Assembly: GCA_963762255.1 (NCBI GenBank)
Contig: CAVXKA010000001.1
Coordinates: 128,001-192,000 of the forward strand
Direction of reading: 5' to 3'
Length of the DNA stretch: 64,000 nucleotides
Origin: Candidatus Eiseniibacteriota bacterium
Lineage (GTDB): Bacteria > Eisenbacteria > RBG-16-71-46 > JABDJR01
Below are positions 29,532 to 38,905 of the stretch, piece after piece. The notes below the pieces were generated by a model. It saw nothing but the letters and a program-made list of their open reading frames with translations. It ran no database searches and was not told where the DNA came from. Positions within the stretch are counted from its first letter, which is position 1, and each line of letters opens with the position of its first letter. A program made the position numbers and the translations under genes.

Positions 29532-30698
29532 TCAGGCTTCGATGTCTCGAAGCGCGGCGACGAGAAGGTCTACGTGTTGGTCTTCGAGCACGAGCGGCGG
29601 AAGCAGGCGCACGACATGCGGGTCCGCGCTTCCCCCGGCGAGGATCCCATGGTCGAGAAGCGCCGCGAGCACCGTCCTGGCCGGTGGTAGCGTGCGGAGC
29701 CCGAGAAGGAAACCCATGCCTTGCACGTCGGTGACCGCCCCGATCACGCACTCCTCGCGGAGCCGGGCCGAGAGCCGCCGCACGTTCGCAAGCAACCCGT
29801 CCTCTTCGATCGCGTCGATGACCGCGGTCACCATGGCCATCGCAAGCGGGCCGCCGCCGAAGGTCGTGCCGAGCGCTCCGCGCGGCACGCTCGAGGCGAG
29901 TTCCTCGCCGAGGAGCACCGCGCCCACCGGGAACCCGCCGCCCAACCCCTTGGCGGTGGTGAGAAGGTCGGGTGTGATCCCGTGCGCCTGTGCCGCGAAC
30001 GGGTGTCCTGTGCGCCCCATGCCGCACTGCACCTCGTCGAAGATGAGTAGAGCCCCGGAAGCGCGCGTGACGGCGCGGGCGTGCTCCAGAAACGCAAGCG
30101 ACAATGCCCGCGCGCCGGCCACACCCTGCACCGGCTCCACGATCACCGCGGCTACATCGGAACCCATTGCGCGCTCGAGCGCGTCCGCGTCGTCGAACGG
30201 AACGAAGGTGACCGGAAACGGCGTCTGCGGAAACCCATACCAGCCCGCGCTTCCCGTGGTGAGCGCCGCGGCCGCGGCCGTGCGGCCGTGAAAGGCGCCC
30301 TCCACAGCGACCACGCGAGTTCGGCGCGTGGCCAGGAATGCGATGCGCAACGCGTTTTCGTTGGCTTCCGCCCCCGAGTTCACGAAGAAGGCGCGGGTGA
30401 ATCCCGCCGGACCGAATCCCACCAACCGCGCCGCCGCGCGCTCGCGCACCGCCAACGGCACCGCGTTGCTCTGGAAGAAGAGCGTTCTCGCCTGTTCGTG
30501 GAGCGCATGCACCAGTCGGGGATGCCCATAGCCGAGGAGCGCCACCGCGTGGCCACCGTAGAAGTCGAGCACGCGCGTGCCGTCTTCTGTGACGAGGAAG
30601 ACGCCCTCGCCGCGCGCCGCGCGGAGATCGACAGGCGCATAGACATCGAGCAAGGCGGTTGCGGGCGCGGTCGCGTTGGAGAAACGGGTGGCGGCCAC
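29532..30698 (-). CDS. argD: Acetylornithine aminotransferase
   Basis: 'NSGAEANE', 'FHGRT', 'DEVQCGMGRTG', 'AKGLGGGFP'. Confidence 0.9.
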   Translation of the reverse strand: MAATRFSNATAPATALLDVYAPVDLRAARGEGVFLVTEDGTRVLDFYGGHAVALLGYGHPRLVHALHEQARTLFFQSNAVPLAVRERAAARLVGFGPAGFTRAFFVNSGAEANENALRIAFLATRRTRVVAVEGAFHGRTAAAAALTTGSAGWYGFPQTPFPVTFVPFDDADALERAMGSDVAAVIVEPVQGVAGARALSLAFLEHARAVTRASGALLIFDEVQCGMGRTGHPFAAQAHGITPDLLTTAKGLGGGFPVGAVLLGEELASSVPRGALGTTFGGGPLAMAMVTAVIDAIEEDGLLANVRRLSARLREECVIGAVTDVQGMGFLLGLRTLPPARTVLAALLDHGILAGGSADPHVVRLLPPLVLEDQHVDLLVAALRDIEA

Positions 30699-30700
30699 GA

Positions 30701-31876
30701 TCAGAACACCCCCAGGCCCGGAAGCCGGAGGCCGGTGTCGTCGGAGAGATCGAAGAGACGGTTCATCCACTGCACGGCGCCGCCGGCAGCGCCTTTGACC
30801 AGATTGTCGATGACGGAGGTCACGACCAGCGTCCGACCGCGCGTCGCTATGCCGAGGCGGCAGCGATTGGTGCCCACGACCTCGGTGAGCCTGGGCGGGG
30901 TTTCCGTGGCATGCACGAAGGGAGCGCCCGCATAGAACACGTTGAGAATCGCGACCGCCTCCGCGGCGGGCATCGGCTGCTTCAACGTGAGCCGCAGCGT
31001 GGCGTGAATGCCGCGCACGAAGGGCCCCGAGTGCGGCACGAACTCCACCTCGGGCTCGCGCCCGCCGCGGGCCGCACTCAAGAGCATACGCATCTCCGCT
31101 TCATGGCGGTGCACGAGCGGCGCGTACGCGTACATTGCACTTCGCCGCTCCGGATGATGCGTGTTGGCGGTGGGCGCGCGGCCACTCCCCGAGCTTCCCG
31201 TCACCGCCGAGACGAACACGTCGTCCTCGACGAGGCCCGCGGCGAAGAACGGATAGGCGGCGAGCACCGCCGCGGTGGTGAAGCAGCCGGGCTGCGTCGC
31301 ATGCAACGGCGCGGGTCCGGCATGATGCTCCGGCACCGCGCAGGTGAAGGAGGCGGCGCGGTGCGGCGCACGGTGCTCCCGGCCGTAGATCGCCTCGTAC
31401 CGACCGGTGTCGGTGAAGCGGAAATCGGCCGAGAGGTCCACCGCGCGCGGCATCACGCCGCGCTCCTCGAACGCACCAAGAAGCGAGTCGAGCAGCGCCG
31501 CGGTCTCGCCGTGAGGCGTGGCCGCGAATACAGCAATAGGTGCGCCGGGCAGGACCTGATTCAGAGGCTCGGCCGCCCGAGCCGATGACTCGGCGCCGTC
31601 AGCCTGCGCGCTCGACGCAAGCGCATCTACCCCGGAGAAGCGCAACCCCTCGGGAAGCGTCCCCGCCAGGTGCGGGAACGCGTCCGCCACGAACGTGCCG
31701 GCGTGGGTACTCGACGTCACCGCCGCCACGCGAAAGACCGGATGCCCGGCCAGGAGCCGCAGCAATTCACCGGCCACGTACCCCGTGCCGCCGAGCACGA
31801 TCGCAGGCACGGTGGCCCGCGCGGACAGCGACGTCTCCGGCGGCAAGAACGCTGACGCGACCGCGCGGTTAGACAT
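30701..31876 (-). CDS. argC: N-acetyl-gamma-glutamyl-phosphate reductase
   Basis: 'GGTGYVAGEL', 'DLSADFR', 'PGCFTT', 'DNLVKGAAG'. Confidence 0.95.
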   Translation of the reverse strand: MSNRAVASAFLPPETSLSARATVPAIVLGGTGYVAGELLRLLAGHPVFRVAAVTSSTHAGTFVADAFPHLAGTLPEGLRFSGVDALASSAQADGAESSARAAEPLNQVLPGAPIAVFAATPHGETAALLDSLLGAFEERGVMPRAVDLSADFRFTDTGRYEAIYGREHRAPHRAASFTCAVPEHHAGPAPLHATQPGCFTTAAVLAAYPFFAAGLVEDDVFVSAVTGSSGSGRAPTANTHHPERRSAMYAYAPLVHRHEAEMRMLLSAARGGREPEVEFVPHSGPFVRGIHATLRLTLKQPMPAAEAVAILNVFYAGAPFVHATETPPRLTEVVGTNRCRLGIATRGRTLVVTSVIDNLVKGAAGGAVQWMNRLFDLSDDTGLRLPGLGVF

Positions 31877-32942
31877 CGGTATCTCCCACGATGACAGGCA
31901 TCGCCATGCTCCGCAGCACGAGATCGGCGAGCGCCGGGCCGTTCGAGCGCGCGTTCACCGCGCTCACGCTCGTCTCGCGCTCCACGAGCCGCGTTCCCGC
32001 GACGTTGTCGGTGGCGGGACCGGTGACCGCAGTGGTCGCGATCCCGTGCCGCTCTCGCAGGAGTCGCGCGCCTCCCCACGCACCGACCGGATCGTTGGCG
32101 GCGAGCACGACCGCGCTGAAACTCGCGCGCAGCGCCTCGTCGTCGAGAATGGCGTCCACCCCGTAGAGCCCTACCAGCCCGTCTCCCATCTCGAGCACGA
32201 TCACGTCCGGCGCGTCCGTGGCAAGCTGCGTGACGATGGTGCGCGCGATGCGCGGAGCACTCTCGGCGGTGGTGGTCACGACCCCGAGATCGGTGAAGAT
32301 GAGCGTGCGAGACGCGCCCGCGTCCTCCATGGCCAGGATGTCGCGACGCAACGAGACGCCTGTGGTCTTGCCGGCGGCCACCTTGAGCCCCTGATGCGCG
32401 AACGCCTCGATCAGCGCGCACGCGGCCGCCGTCTTGCCCGAGTTCATGCAGGTGCCCACGATCGCGACGACCGGCACGCCCGCGGTCACGATCGCATCGG
32501 ACAGCGGCAGCGCACCCTGTGCGATGTGTGCGGGATGGCCGACGCGCTCCCCGAGAATCGGAAAGTGCAGCACCTGACCCAGCACCTCGCCCACGAAGGG
32601 CTCGCCGAAATCGGGGTTCACGCCGTCGCAGAGACCGATGACGCCGCCCATGTTCAAGATATGCAGGCGATCGCCTACTTCCACCCGCGACGGCACCACG
32701 CCCGAGTATCCGAAGAGCGCCTTGCGATGGCCGAGCGCACCCGCCACCACGTTTCCCGGGCGGATCTTGGAGAAGCGCCCGGAGGGAAGTTCGATCTGGT
32801 CGTACGTCGTCTTGGTCGAGAGCACGCGTACGGCGATGACGCCGCCTTCCACGGCGGGGATGTCCGCACCGAGGCGCACCTCACGCGAGAGCCGGCAGTT
32901 GAGCGTGACCGATCCGATCTTGTCGAGGAGGACCTTCTTCAT
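31869..32942 (-). CDS. DUF1611/DgcN-like P-loop protein embedded in the arg operon
   Basis: 'VVAIVGTCMNSGKT', 'AAGKTTG', 'DVIVLEMGDGL'; overlaps both argG and argC. Confidence 0.7.
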   Translation of the reverse strand: MKKVLLDKIGSVTLNCRLSREVRLGADIPAVEGGVIAVRVLSTKTTYDQIELPSGRFSKIRPGNVVAGALGHRKALFGYSGVVPSRVEVGDRLHILNMGGVIGLCDGVNPDFGEPFVGEVLGQVLHFPILGERVGHPAHIAQGALPLSDAIVTAGVPVVAIVGTCMNSGKTAAACALIEAFAHQGLKVAAGKTTGVSLRRDILAMEDAGASRTLIFTDLGVVTTTAESAPRIARTIVTQLATDAPDVIVLEMGDGLVGLYGVDAILDDEALRASFSAVVLAANDPVGAWGGARLLRERHGIATTAVTGPATDNVAGTRLVERETSVSAVNARSNGPALADLVLRSMAMPVIVGDTDV

Positions 32943-34207
32943 CGCGCGCCCTCACTCGCGACGACCGCGATCGCCGGCGACGGCGCCGCCGCGCCGGACT
33001 TTGCCCCCGCGCGCTCGTGCAGCATTCCCGGCAGCGCGAGCATGCGCGAGAAGCCCCGCGCATCGGCCGCCGTCCACTCGCCGGCGGCCTCGCCGTAGAC
33101 CGCGCGCGACGCCGCGCGCAGCGAGTGCGGCGAAGAGACCCCCTCCACGAACGCGAAGCCCGGCCGGAACAGCATCGTGACCTCGCCGGTCACCCGCTCC
33201 TGCGAGCGCACGAAGAGCGCCTCGATGTCACGGCACGCCGGCTCCAGGAACTGTCCCTCGTGCACGAGATCGCCGTAGATGACCGCGAGACCGTCCTTCA
33301 CCCGCTGCTGGCGCGCGGTCAGCGTGAGCTTCTCCAGCTCGCGATGCGCGGCGATGAGGGTGACCGCGGCCGGCGCCTCGAAGGCCACGCGACCCTTGAG
33401 ACCGAAGATCGTGTCGCCGAGATGGATGCCGCGGCCGATGCCGAACGCGCCCGCCATCGCGTTCAAGCGTTCGATGAGATCGACCGGCGCCATCGTCACG
33501 CCGTCCACCGCGACAGGAAGACCGAGCTCGAAGCGCACCGAGTGGCGCTCGGGCTCGCGAGGACGGTCGAACGCGCCCGCGGTCAGCACCCACGCGGACT
33601 CGGGGAGCGGCTCCACCGTGTCCGTCGTCTCCTTGCCGCCGATCGTCACGCCCCAGAGGCCGGCGTTCACGGAGTACGCCGCGCGCTCCGACGGCCACGC
33701 GATGCTCCGCTCGACCAGCCACGCCACCTCGTCCGCGCGCGAGAAGCCTTCGTCGCGAATGGGGGCGAGGATCTCGAGCGAGGGATCGAGCGTGCGCAGG
33801 GCGACCTCGAACCGCACTTGATCGTTGCCGGCGGCGGTGCAGCCATGGGCCACGGCATGCGCGCCCAGCTCGCGAGCCGTCTCGGCCACCACGCGAGCCT
33901 GCAGGCTGCGCTCCGCGCCCACGCAGAGCGGGTAGAGATGACCGCGCAGCACGTTTCCCATGATGAGAAAGGAGAGCGTCTCGTTGAAGAAGTCCTCGCG
34001 TGCGTCCACCAGGATGTGGCGCGACGCACCAAGTTCGCGCGCGCGCAGGCGCAACCGCTCACGGGCCGCGTCGTCGAGCCCGCCCGTGTCCACGGTGACC
34101 GTCACGATCTCCGCGTTGTGCCGCTCGCCCAGCCACGGCACGCAGAAGGAGGTATCGAGCCCCCCGCTGAACGCGAGAACGATGGGACCGTCCTTCAACT
34201 CACTCAC
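32939..34207 (-). CDS. argG: Argininosuccinate synthase
   Basis: 'LAFSGGLDTS', 'HGCTAAGNDQVRFE', 'KGRVAFEAPA'. Confidence 0.95.
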   Translation of the reverse strand: MSELKDGPIVLAFSGGLDTSFCVPWLGERHNAEIVTVTVDTGGLDDAARERLRLRARELGASRHILVDAREDFFNETLSFLIMGNVLRGHLYPLCVGAERSLQARVVAETARELGAHAVAHGCTAAGNDQVRFEVALRTLDPSLEILAPIRDEGFSRADEVAWLVERSIAWPSERAAYSVNAGLWGVTIGGKETTDTVEPLPESAWVLTAGAFDRPREPERHSVRFELGLPVAVDGVTMAPVDLIERLNAMAGAFGIGRGIHLGDTIFGLKGRVAFEAPAAVTLIAAHRELEKLTLTARQQRVKDGLAVIYGDLVHEGQFLEPACRDIEALFVRSQERVTGEVTMLFRPGFAFVEGVSSPHSLRAASRAVYGEAAGEWTAADARGFSRMLALPGMLHERAGAKSGAAAPSPAIAVVASEGAR

Positions 34208-34673
34208 TCTTCGACTCCTTCGCCAGCGCGGCGATCCGCGCGTGCACACGCAACTGATGAGCTCGGCCGGTCGTGGCGATGAAGAGCGTGTCGTCGCCCG
34301 CCACCGTGCCCGCCACCTCCGGCCAGCCCGCGCCGTCGACGGCCAGCGCCACCGACGAAGCCATCCCCGTCGTGGTCCTCACCACCAACAGATGCGGCCC
34401 GGCAGCGGTGACCTTTGCAATGAACAGCGCGACCTCGGCCAGCCGCGTCGCCGGGCGATCCCCGGCCGAGAGCGTCTTCGCCAGCACGTAGCGCCCTCCC
34501 ACCTTGGCCACCCCCATCTCTTGAAGATCGCGGGAGACGCTCGGTTGGGTGACCCGGAAACCGAGCTTCTTGAGCCGCTGAAGGAGCTCCGTCTGGTTCC
34601 GCACGGCTTCCTTGTCGACGATCTTCTCGATCGCCGCCCAGCGCTCCTGCCACTCCTCGTTGCGATGCGACAT
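34200..34673 (-). CDS. argR: Arginine repressor
   Basis: 'VTQPSVSRDL', 'GTVAGDDT'. Confidence 0.95.
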   Translation of the reverse strand: MSHRNEEWQERWAAIEKIVDKEAVRNQTELLQRLKKLGFRVTQPSVSRDLQEMGVAKVGGRYVLAKTLSAGDRPATRLAEVALFIAKVTAAGPHLLVVRTTTGMASSVALAVDGAGWPEVAGTVAGDDTLFIATTGRAHQLRVHARIAALAKESKSE

Positions 34674-34754
34674 CCCGACCTCCGCTCGTAACTTGTTAAT
34701 CCGCAATGAGTTTCGACTTGTCTCGGCAAGCCCGCGCCCGCGCCCGAAAAGAAC

Positions 34755-34794
34755 ATGCGCAAGATACTATTTGTATGCGCATGAAAATGCAACA
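34755..34794. promoter_or_regulatory. Putative tandem ARG boxes upstream of argR
   Basis: AT-rich imperfect palindrome gcgcatgaaaatgcaa (34777-34792), with a weaker copy 'atgcgcaagatact' about 20 bp to the left. Confidence 0.6.
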
Positions 34795-34943
34795 AGAAAA
34801 TGCGGGGGATCGTGCAGCCGGCTCGCACCGAGGGGCAGCGGACGAAGGCGGGGGTGGCGCGTCGAGGACCTGAACGGAGCGCGGCGACGGAGACCGGGGT
34901 ATGATCCCGCCTCGGCTCGAGTCACCCGCTCCGGAGGCACCGT

Positions 34944-35630
34944 ATGGCCATCCCGCTTCGCGACATTCAATCGCGCAGGACGTTTCCCGTTGTCACCATC
35001 GCGCTCGTCGCTCTCAACGCGGCCGCGTTCCTCTATGAGCTGTCACTCGGAGCACGGCTGGACGGTTTCCTGCAGCAGATGGCGTTCAACCCTGCTTCCT
35101 ACAACGAACCGGGGCGCATCCTCGGAGACGGTCGCTCGATCCTCGTCTCCATGTTTCTGCACGGAGGCTGGGCGCACCTTCTAGGCAACATGCTCTATCT
35201 CTGGATCTTCGGGGACAACGTCGAGGACCGCCTGGGGCACTTGAAGTACCTGGCCTTCTACCTCGGCTGCGGCTGGGTCGCCACCCTCGCTCACGCCTGG
35301 GCCAACCCGCACTCGGCAATGCCGGCCATCGGCGCAAGCGGCGCGATCGCCGGGGTGCTCGGCGCCTACCTGGTGATGTTCCCTCGCGCACGGGTGGTGA
35401 CGCTGATCCCGCTCGGCTTCTTCCTGCGCCTCACCGAACTCCCCGCCGTCCTCGTGCTCGGGTTCTGGTTCGTGCTCCAGCTCTTCAGCGGCGTGGCTTC
35501 GCTCGGAGCACGCACCGCCGATAGCGGCGGGGTCGCGTTCTGGGCGCACATCGGCGGGTTCGCCGCGGGGCTGGCGGTGGGGTTCGCCGCGCGGGCGCTG
35601 CGCCTCGGCGAGGGGCCTCGCACCCGCTAG
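34944..35630 (+). CDS. Rhomboid family intramembrane serine protease
   Basis: 'SMFLHGGWAHLLGNM', 'GASGAIAG', 'AHIGGF'. Confidence 0.93.
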   Translation: MAIPLRDIQSRRTFPVVTIALVALNAAAFLYELSLGARLDGFLQQMAFNPASYNEPGRILGDGRSILVSMFLHGGWAHLLGNMLYLWIFGDNVEDRLGHLKYLAFYLGCGWVATLAHAWANPHSAMPAIGASGAIAGVLGAYLVMFPRARVVTLIPLGFFLRLTELPAVLVLGFWFVLQLFSGVASLGARTADSGGVAFWAHIGGFAAGLAVGFAARALRLGEGPRTR

Positions 35631-35631
35631 T

Positions 35632-36756
35632 TCACGCCCGGCGGCCCTCGGTGTAGATCCGATAGCAGGCGAGGAACAGAGCGAGCGCTCCGGGGCCGAG
35701 CAGCAATCCCAGGAACCCGAACGCGCGCAGCCCCCCGAGGATCGCCAGGAAAAGCCACAGCACCGGGAGCTTCACGTCGCGCCCGATCAGGTACGGTCGG
35801 AGGAAGTTGTCCACGAGGCTCACGACCAGCGCTCCCCAGATCATGAGACCCACCCCCGCGCCCACGCGGCCGACGATGATGAGCCCGATCGCGGTGGGGA
35901 GCCACACCGCGACCGGCCCCACGAACGGTAGGAGCGCGGCGATGAAAGTGATGGCGCTCAAGAGCACCGGCGCCGGCACCCCCACGAACCAGAACGCGGC
36001 GCCGGCAAGAACGGCCTGCACGCTCGCCGTTACCAGCACGCCGCGAAAGACCGCGTTCACGGTGTCGCCGGCGATCTTGAGAAGCGTCTTGGCGTATGTG
36101 GGCTCCAAGGGCAGACCGGCTTCGATCTGGCGCAGCCACCCCGGTCCGTGGCGCAAGAAGAAGAAGTAGGTGATCAGAGTCACCCCGATGCCGATCGCGG
36201 TTCCTGGCGCGTTGCGGCCGATGACGTGGAGCTGGGTCTGGGCCAGTTCCCCGAGCCCCGACACCGCTTGGCGGAGCGCGGCCTCGATCCCATCGGCCCC
36301 CAGTTGCGCCTGATCGGGGAAGACCCAATCGGCGAGTGGGCGCAGCCGTGACCCGTCCAGCCACGCGGCCACACGCTGGAACGTGTCCGGGCCCAGGTAG
36401 TCCCTCACCGACGGCCAGAGGTTGCTCACCTCGCCGATGGAGGTCTTCACCAGAAGCGCCGCGGGCAGCGCGAAGATCGCCAGGGTGAGGATCGTGGAGA
36501 GAAGCGCGGCAAGGGTGGCGCGCCCTCGCACCCATCCGAGGATCGTCCGGTGCACGGGAAAGAAGAGCGTGGCCAGCGCCGCCGCCCACAAGATGGGGCG
36601 AATGACCGGCGCATAGATGACGATCAGAAGCGCGAAGAGCGCGAGCGCGATGACGCCGAAGCCGAGCGCAAGCGCATGGCGCCGGAGTTCTCCGACTCCG
36701 GAGACGAGAGGCTCGGAGCCCGGCTCATGCTGTTCCGGCAGGACGGGATCGCTCAT
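35632..36756 (-). CDS. AI-2E family transporter
   Basis: Multi-TM protein with 'VDNFLRP' and 'FGFLGLLLGP'. Confidence 0.88.
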   Translation of the reverse strand: MSDPVLPEQHEPGSEPLVSGVGELRRHALALGFGVIALALFALLIVIYAPVIRPILWAAALATLFFPVHRTILGWVRGRATLAALLSTILTLAIFALPAALLVKTSIGEVSNLWPSVRDYLGPDTFQRVAAWLDGSRLRPLADWVFPDQAQLGADGIEAALRQAVSGLGELAQTQLHVIGRNAPGTAIGIGVTLITYFFFLRHGPGWLRQIEAGLPLEPTYAKTLLKIAGDTVNAVFRGVLVTASVQAVLAGAAFWFVGVPAPVLLSAITFIAALLPFVGPVAVWLPTAIGLIIVGRVGAGVGLMIWGALVVSLVDNFLRPYLIGRDVKLPVLWLFLAILGGLRAFGFLGLLLGPGALALFLACYRIYTEGRRA

Positions 36757-36947
36757 ACCGGGGCAGTATACGTCTTCAGCGGGCGGGAATCGAAGAGGCC
36801 TCGGAAACACCCTGGCGACGAACGGACGCTGCCGCGGCAAAAACGAATTTCGGATCGTCCCGTCAGGCTTCCCCCGTGCCCTTCGGAATCCCCCTCCTCC
36901 GTTCGACCGGTAGCGTCCGCCGCCGCCAGGATTCTCGCGTGCTCAGC

Positions 36948-37352
36948 TCAATGCGCTTCCAACTCCGATGCCTCTTCGATCATCCGGACGAGCGCGGCCA
37001 GCGAGTTCGACTTGAAATGGATCCGACCGACTCCCAGATTCCGAAGGCGCTCACGAGCGCCCTCGGTCAGGGATCGCGTCACTACCACCACCCGAAGACG
37101 CTCCTCGAAGGTGAGCCTCTCCAGAACCTCGATACCCTCCTCCTCGTCCAGCATGGCGAGATGCCTGGGCATGTTGAGGTCCAAGAGCACGACTTCGTGA
37201 ATCGCCTCACGGATCGTCTCCAGCGCCCGCTGCGTGTCCGGCAACCACGCCATGCCGCTGCTTTCCGGCAGCGCCGCACCCAAGTCGTGCGCGAACATCG
37301 GATCGTCGTCGATCAGCAGAACCATGGAATGCTCCCGGGTCCAAGTTGCCAT
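36948..37352 (-). CDS. Single-domain response regulator
   Basis: 'VLLIDDD', 'VLLDLNMP', 'HFKS'. Confidence 0.8.
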   Translation of the reverse strand: MATWTREHSMVLLIDDDPMFAHDLGAALPESSGMAWLPDTQRALETIREAIHEVVLLDLNMPRHLAMLDEEEGIEVLERLTFEERLRVVVVTRSLTEGARERLRNLGVGRIHFKSNSLAALVRMIEEASELEAH

Positions 37353-37374
37353 CGGATTCACTGTGGAATCGCAA

Positions 37375-37390
37375 TGCATGGTTGGTGCCA
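37375..37390 (-). promoter_or_regulatory. Putative sigma-54 (-24/-12) promoter
   Basis: TGGCACCAACCATGCA on the - strand, with correct GG-N10-GC spacing, just upstream of the receiver gene. Confidence 0.6.
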
Positions 37391-37533
37391 CCGGGAAAGG
37401 GCCGCGGGACGCTCCCCGCGGTCCGGCGCGGTCGGTTGGAAACAACGGGTGTTTCCGCGGGAAACGGGGGGTTCCGCAGGCGCGCGCGGGAGCCGGATGA
37501 CGGCAGGCGCGCCGGTTGCGAGCGGCTGGGGAG

Positions 37534-38889
37534 TTAGCTCCCGGCTTCCCGGAGGATTCGGTTCAGCCCTTGCGGTGTGATGCCGAGGCTCGCCGCGGCC
37601 GCGCGCTTGTCCCCATCTTCGTCGGCAAGCGCTCGCCGCACGACGGCCAGTCTCGTCCTATCCAGGATCTCCTGCAACGTGCCCTGAGGGGCGCTGTTCG
37701 TGTCCGCTCCGTCCGAACCACTTCCCCGCACGTCGGCCGCTCCGGTCGCCGGCAAGTGCTCAGGGCTCGGCGCGCCCCCACCGCTCACCGCCACCGCATA
37801 GGCGACCGCGTTGCGCAGATGCCGCACGCTCTTCCATGCCCGCTTGCCTACCTCTTGTAGGAATTCCTCGGTGACGGAGCGCTCGCGGACGGAGTTCTCC
37901 CGCGCCGCCTCGGCGGCGAACCGCCGCACCAAGCCGGGAACATCAGCAGCGCGCTCGCTCAGATCGGGCACCCGCACCGGAGAAGCACCGCGCAGTCGGT
38001 CCAGAAGATCCGGCAACAACAGCCCCTTCGCGACCAGAGCATCCAGATTCTTGTTGCTGGTAGCGATCACGCGACAGCGTGTCGCGATCTCGCGGGTTCC
38101 CCCCAGGCGCCGGATCACCTTGCGCTCCAGCGGTTCGAGGAGTTTCGCCTGTTTCTCCGGGGGAAGGCAGTCGATATCGTCCAGGACGAGGGTTCCGTCC
38201 TCCGCGCGTTCGAATCCCCCGAGCGATCGGGCGGTCGCGCCGGTAAAGGCTCCCGGTTCGTGACCGAAGAGTTGATCGTCCACCACCGAGGTGTCGAGCG
38301 TGCCGCAGTGGAGCACCTCGAACGGCCTACCGAGCCGGCTCTGCTCGTGAATGAAGCGCGCGACCGCGTACTTCCCCGCGCCGACCCCCCCCGTGATGAG
38401 AACCGGCAAGGTATGGAGCGCGGCGCGGCGGGCCTCCTCCAGTGTGGCCTTCATGGAGGCCGATTCGGCGATGAGCACCGCGTCCCGCGCGCCCGTTCCC
38501 TCGGCGCGTTCCACGCGGTGTCGCACGCGTCGCAGCACGAGCGCCTGGCGGATGGCGCGCCGAAGCGCCTCCGAGCCCGCCGACTTGCGGAGGTAGTCCT
38601 CGACTCCCAGCTCGCCTGCGCGCTCGAGCGCCTCCTCGGTTTCGTCGCCGGTCACCACGAGGATGGCGGTGCGCGGGTCGATGCGGCGCAACTCCCGGAT
38701 CACGTCGAACCCGCTCCCCGCTCCAAGGTGCAGGTCCACCAGCGCGGCAGCGATCTCGCCCTGAGTGGCCGCGGCCACGGCTTCGTCCACGGTGCGCGCG
38801 ATCCGGCAGTCGAAGTCAGCGGCGAGAAACCGCTTCAGATCCTCCGCGGTTTCGCGCTCGTCCTCGACGATGAGTATCGTTGCCGACAT
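37534..38889 (-). CDS. Sigma-54-dependent NtrC-family response regulator
   Basis: Receiver 'ILIVEDE', AAA+ 'GHEPGAFTGA' and a C-terminal Fis-type HTH; Walker motifs somewhat divergent. Confidence 0.9.
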   Translation of the reverse strand: MSATILIVEDERETAEDLKRFLAADFDCRIARTVDEAVAAATQGEIAAALVDLHLGAGSGFDVIRELRRIDPRTAILVVTGDETEEALERAGELGVEDYLRKSAGSEALRRAIRQALVLRRVRHRVERAEGTGARDAVLIAESASMKATLEEARRAALHTLPVLITGGVGAGKYAVARFIHEQSRLGRPFEVLHCGTLDTSVVDDQLFGHEPGAFTGATARSLGGFERAEDGTLVLDDIDCLPPEKQAKLLEPLERKVIRRLGGTREIATRCRVIATSNKNLDALVAKGLLLPDLLDRLRGASPVRVPDLSERAADVPGLVRRFAAEAARENSVRERSVTEEFLQEVGKRAWKSVRHLRNAVAYAVAVSGGGAPSPEHLPATGAADVRGSGSDGADTNSAPQGTLQEILDRTRLAVVRRALADEDGDKRAAAASLGITPQGLNRILREAGS

Positions 38890-38905
38890 GGAAATACCTC
38901 GCTCG

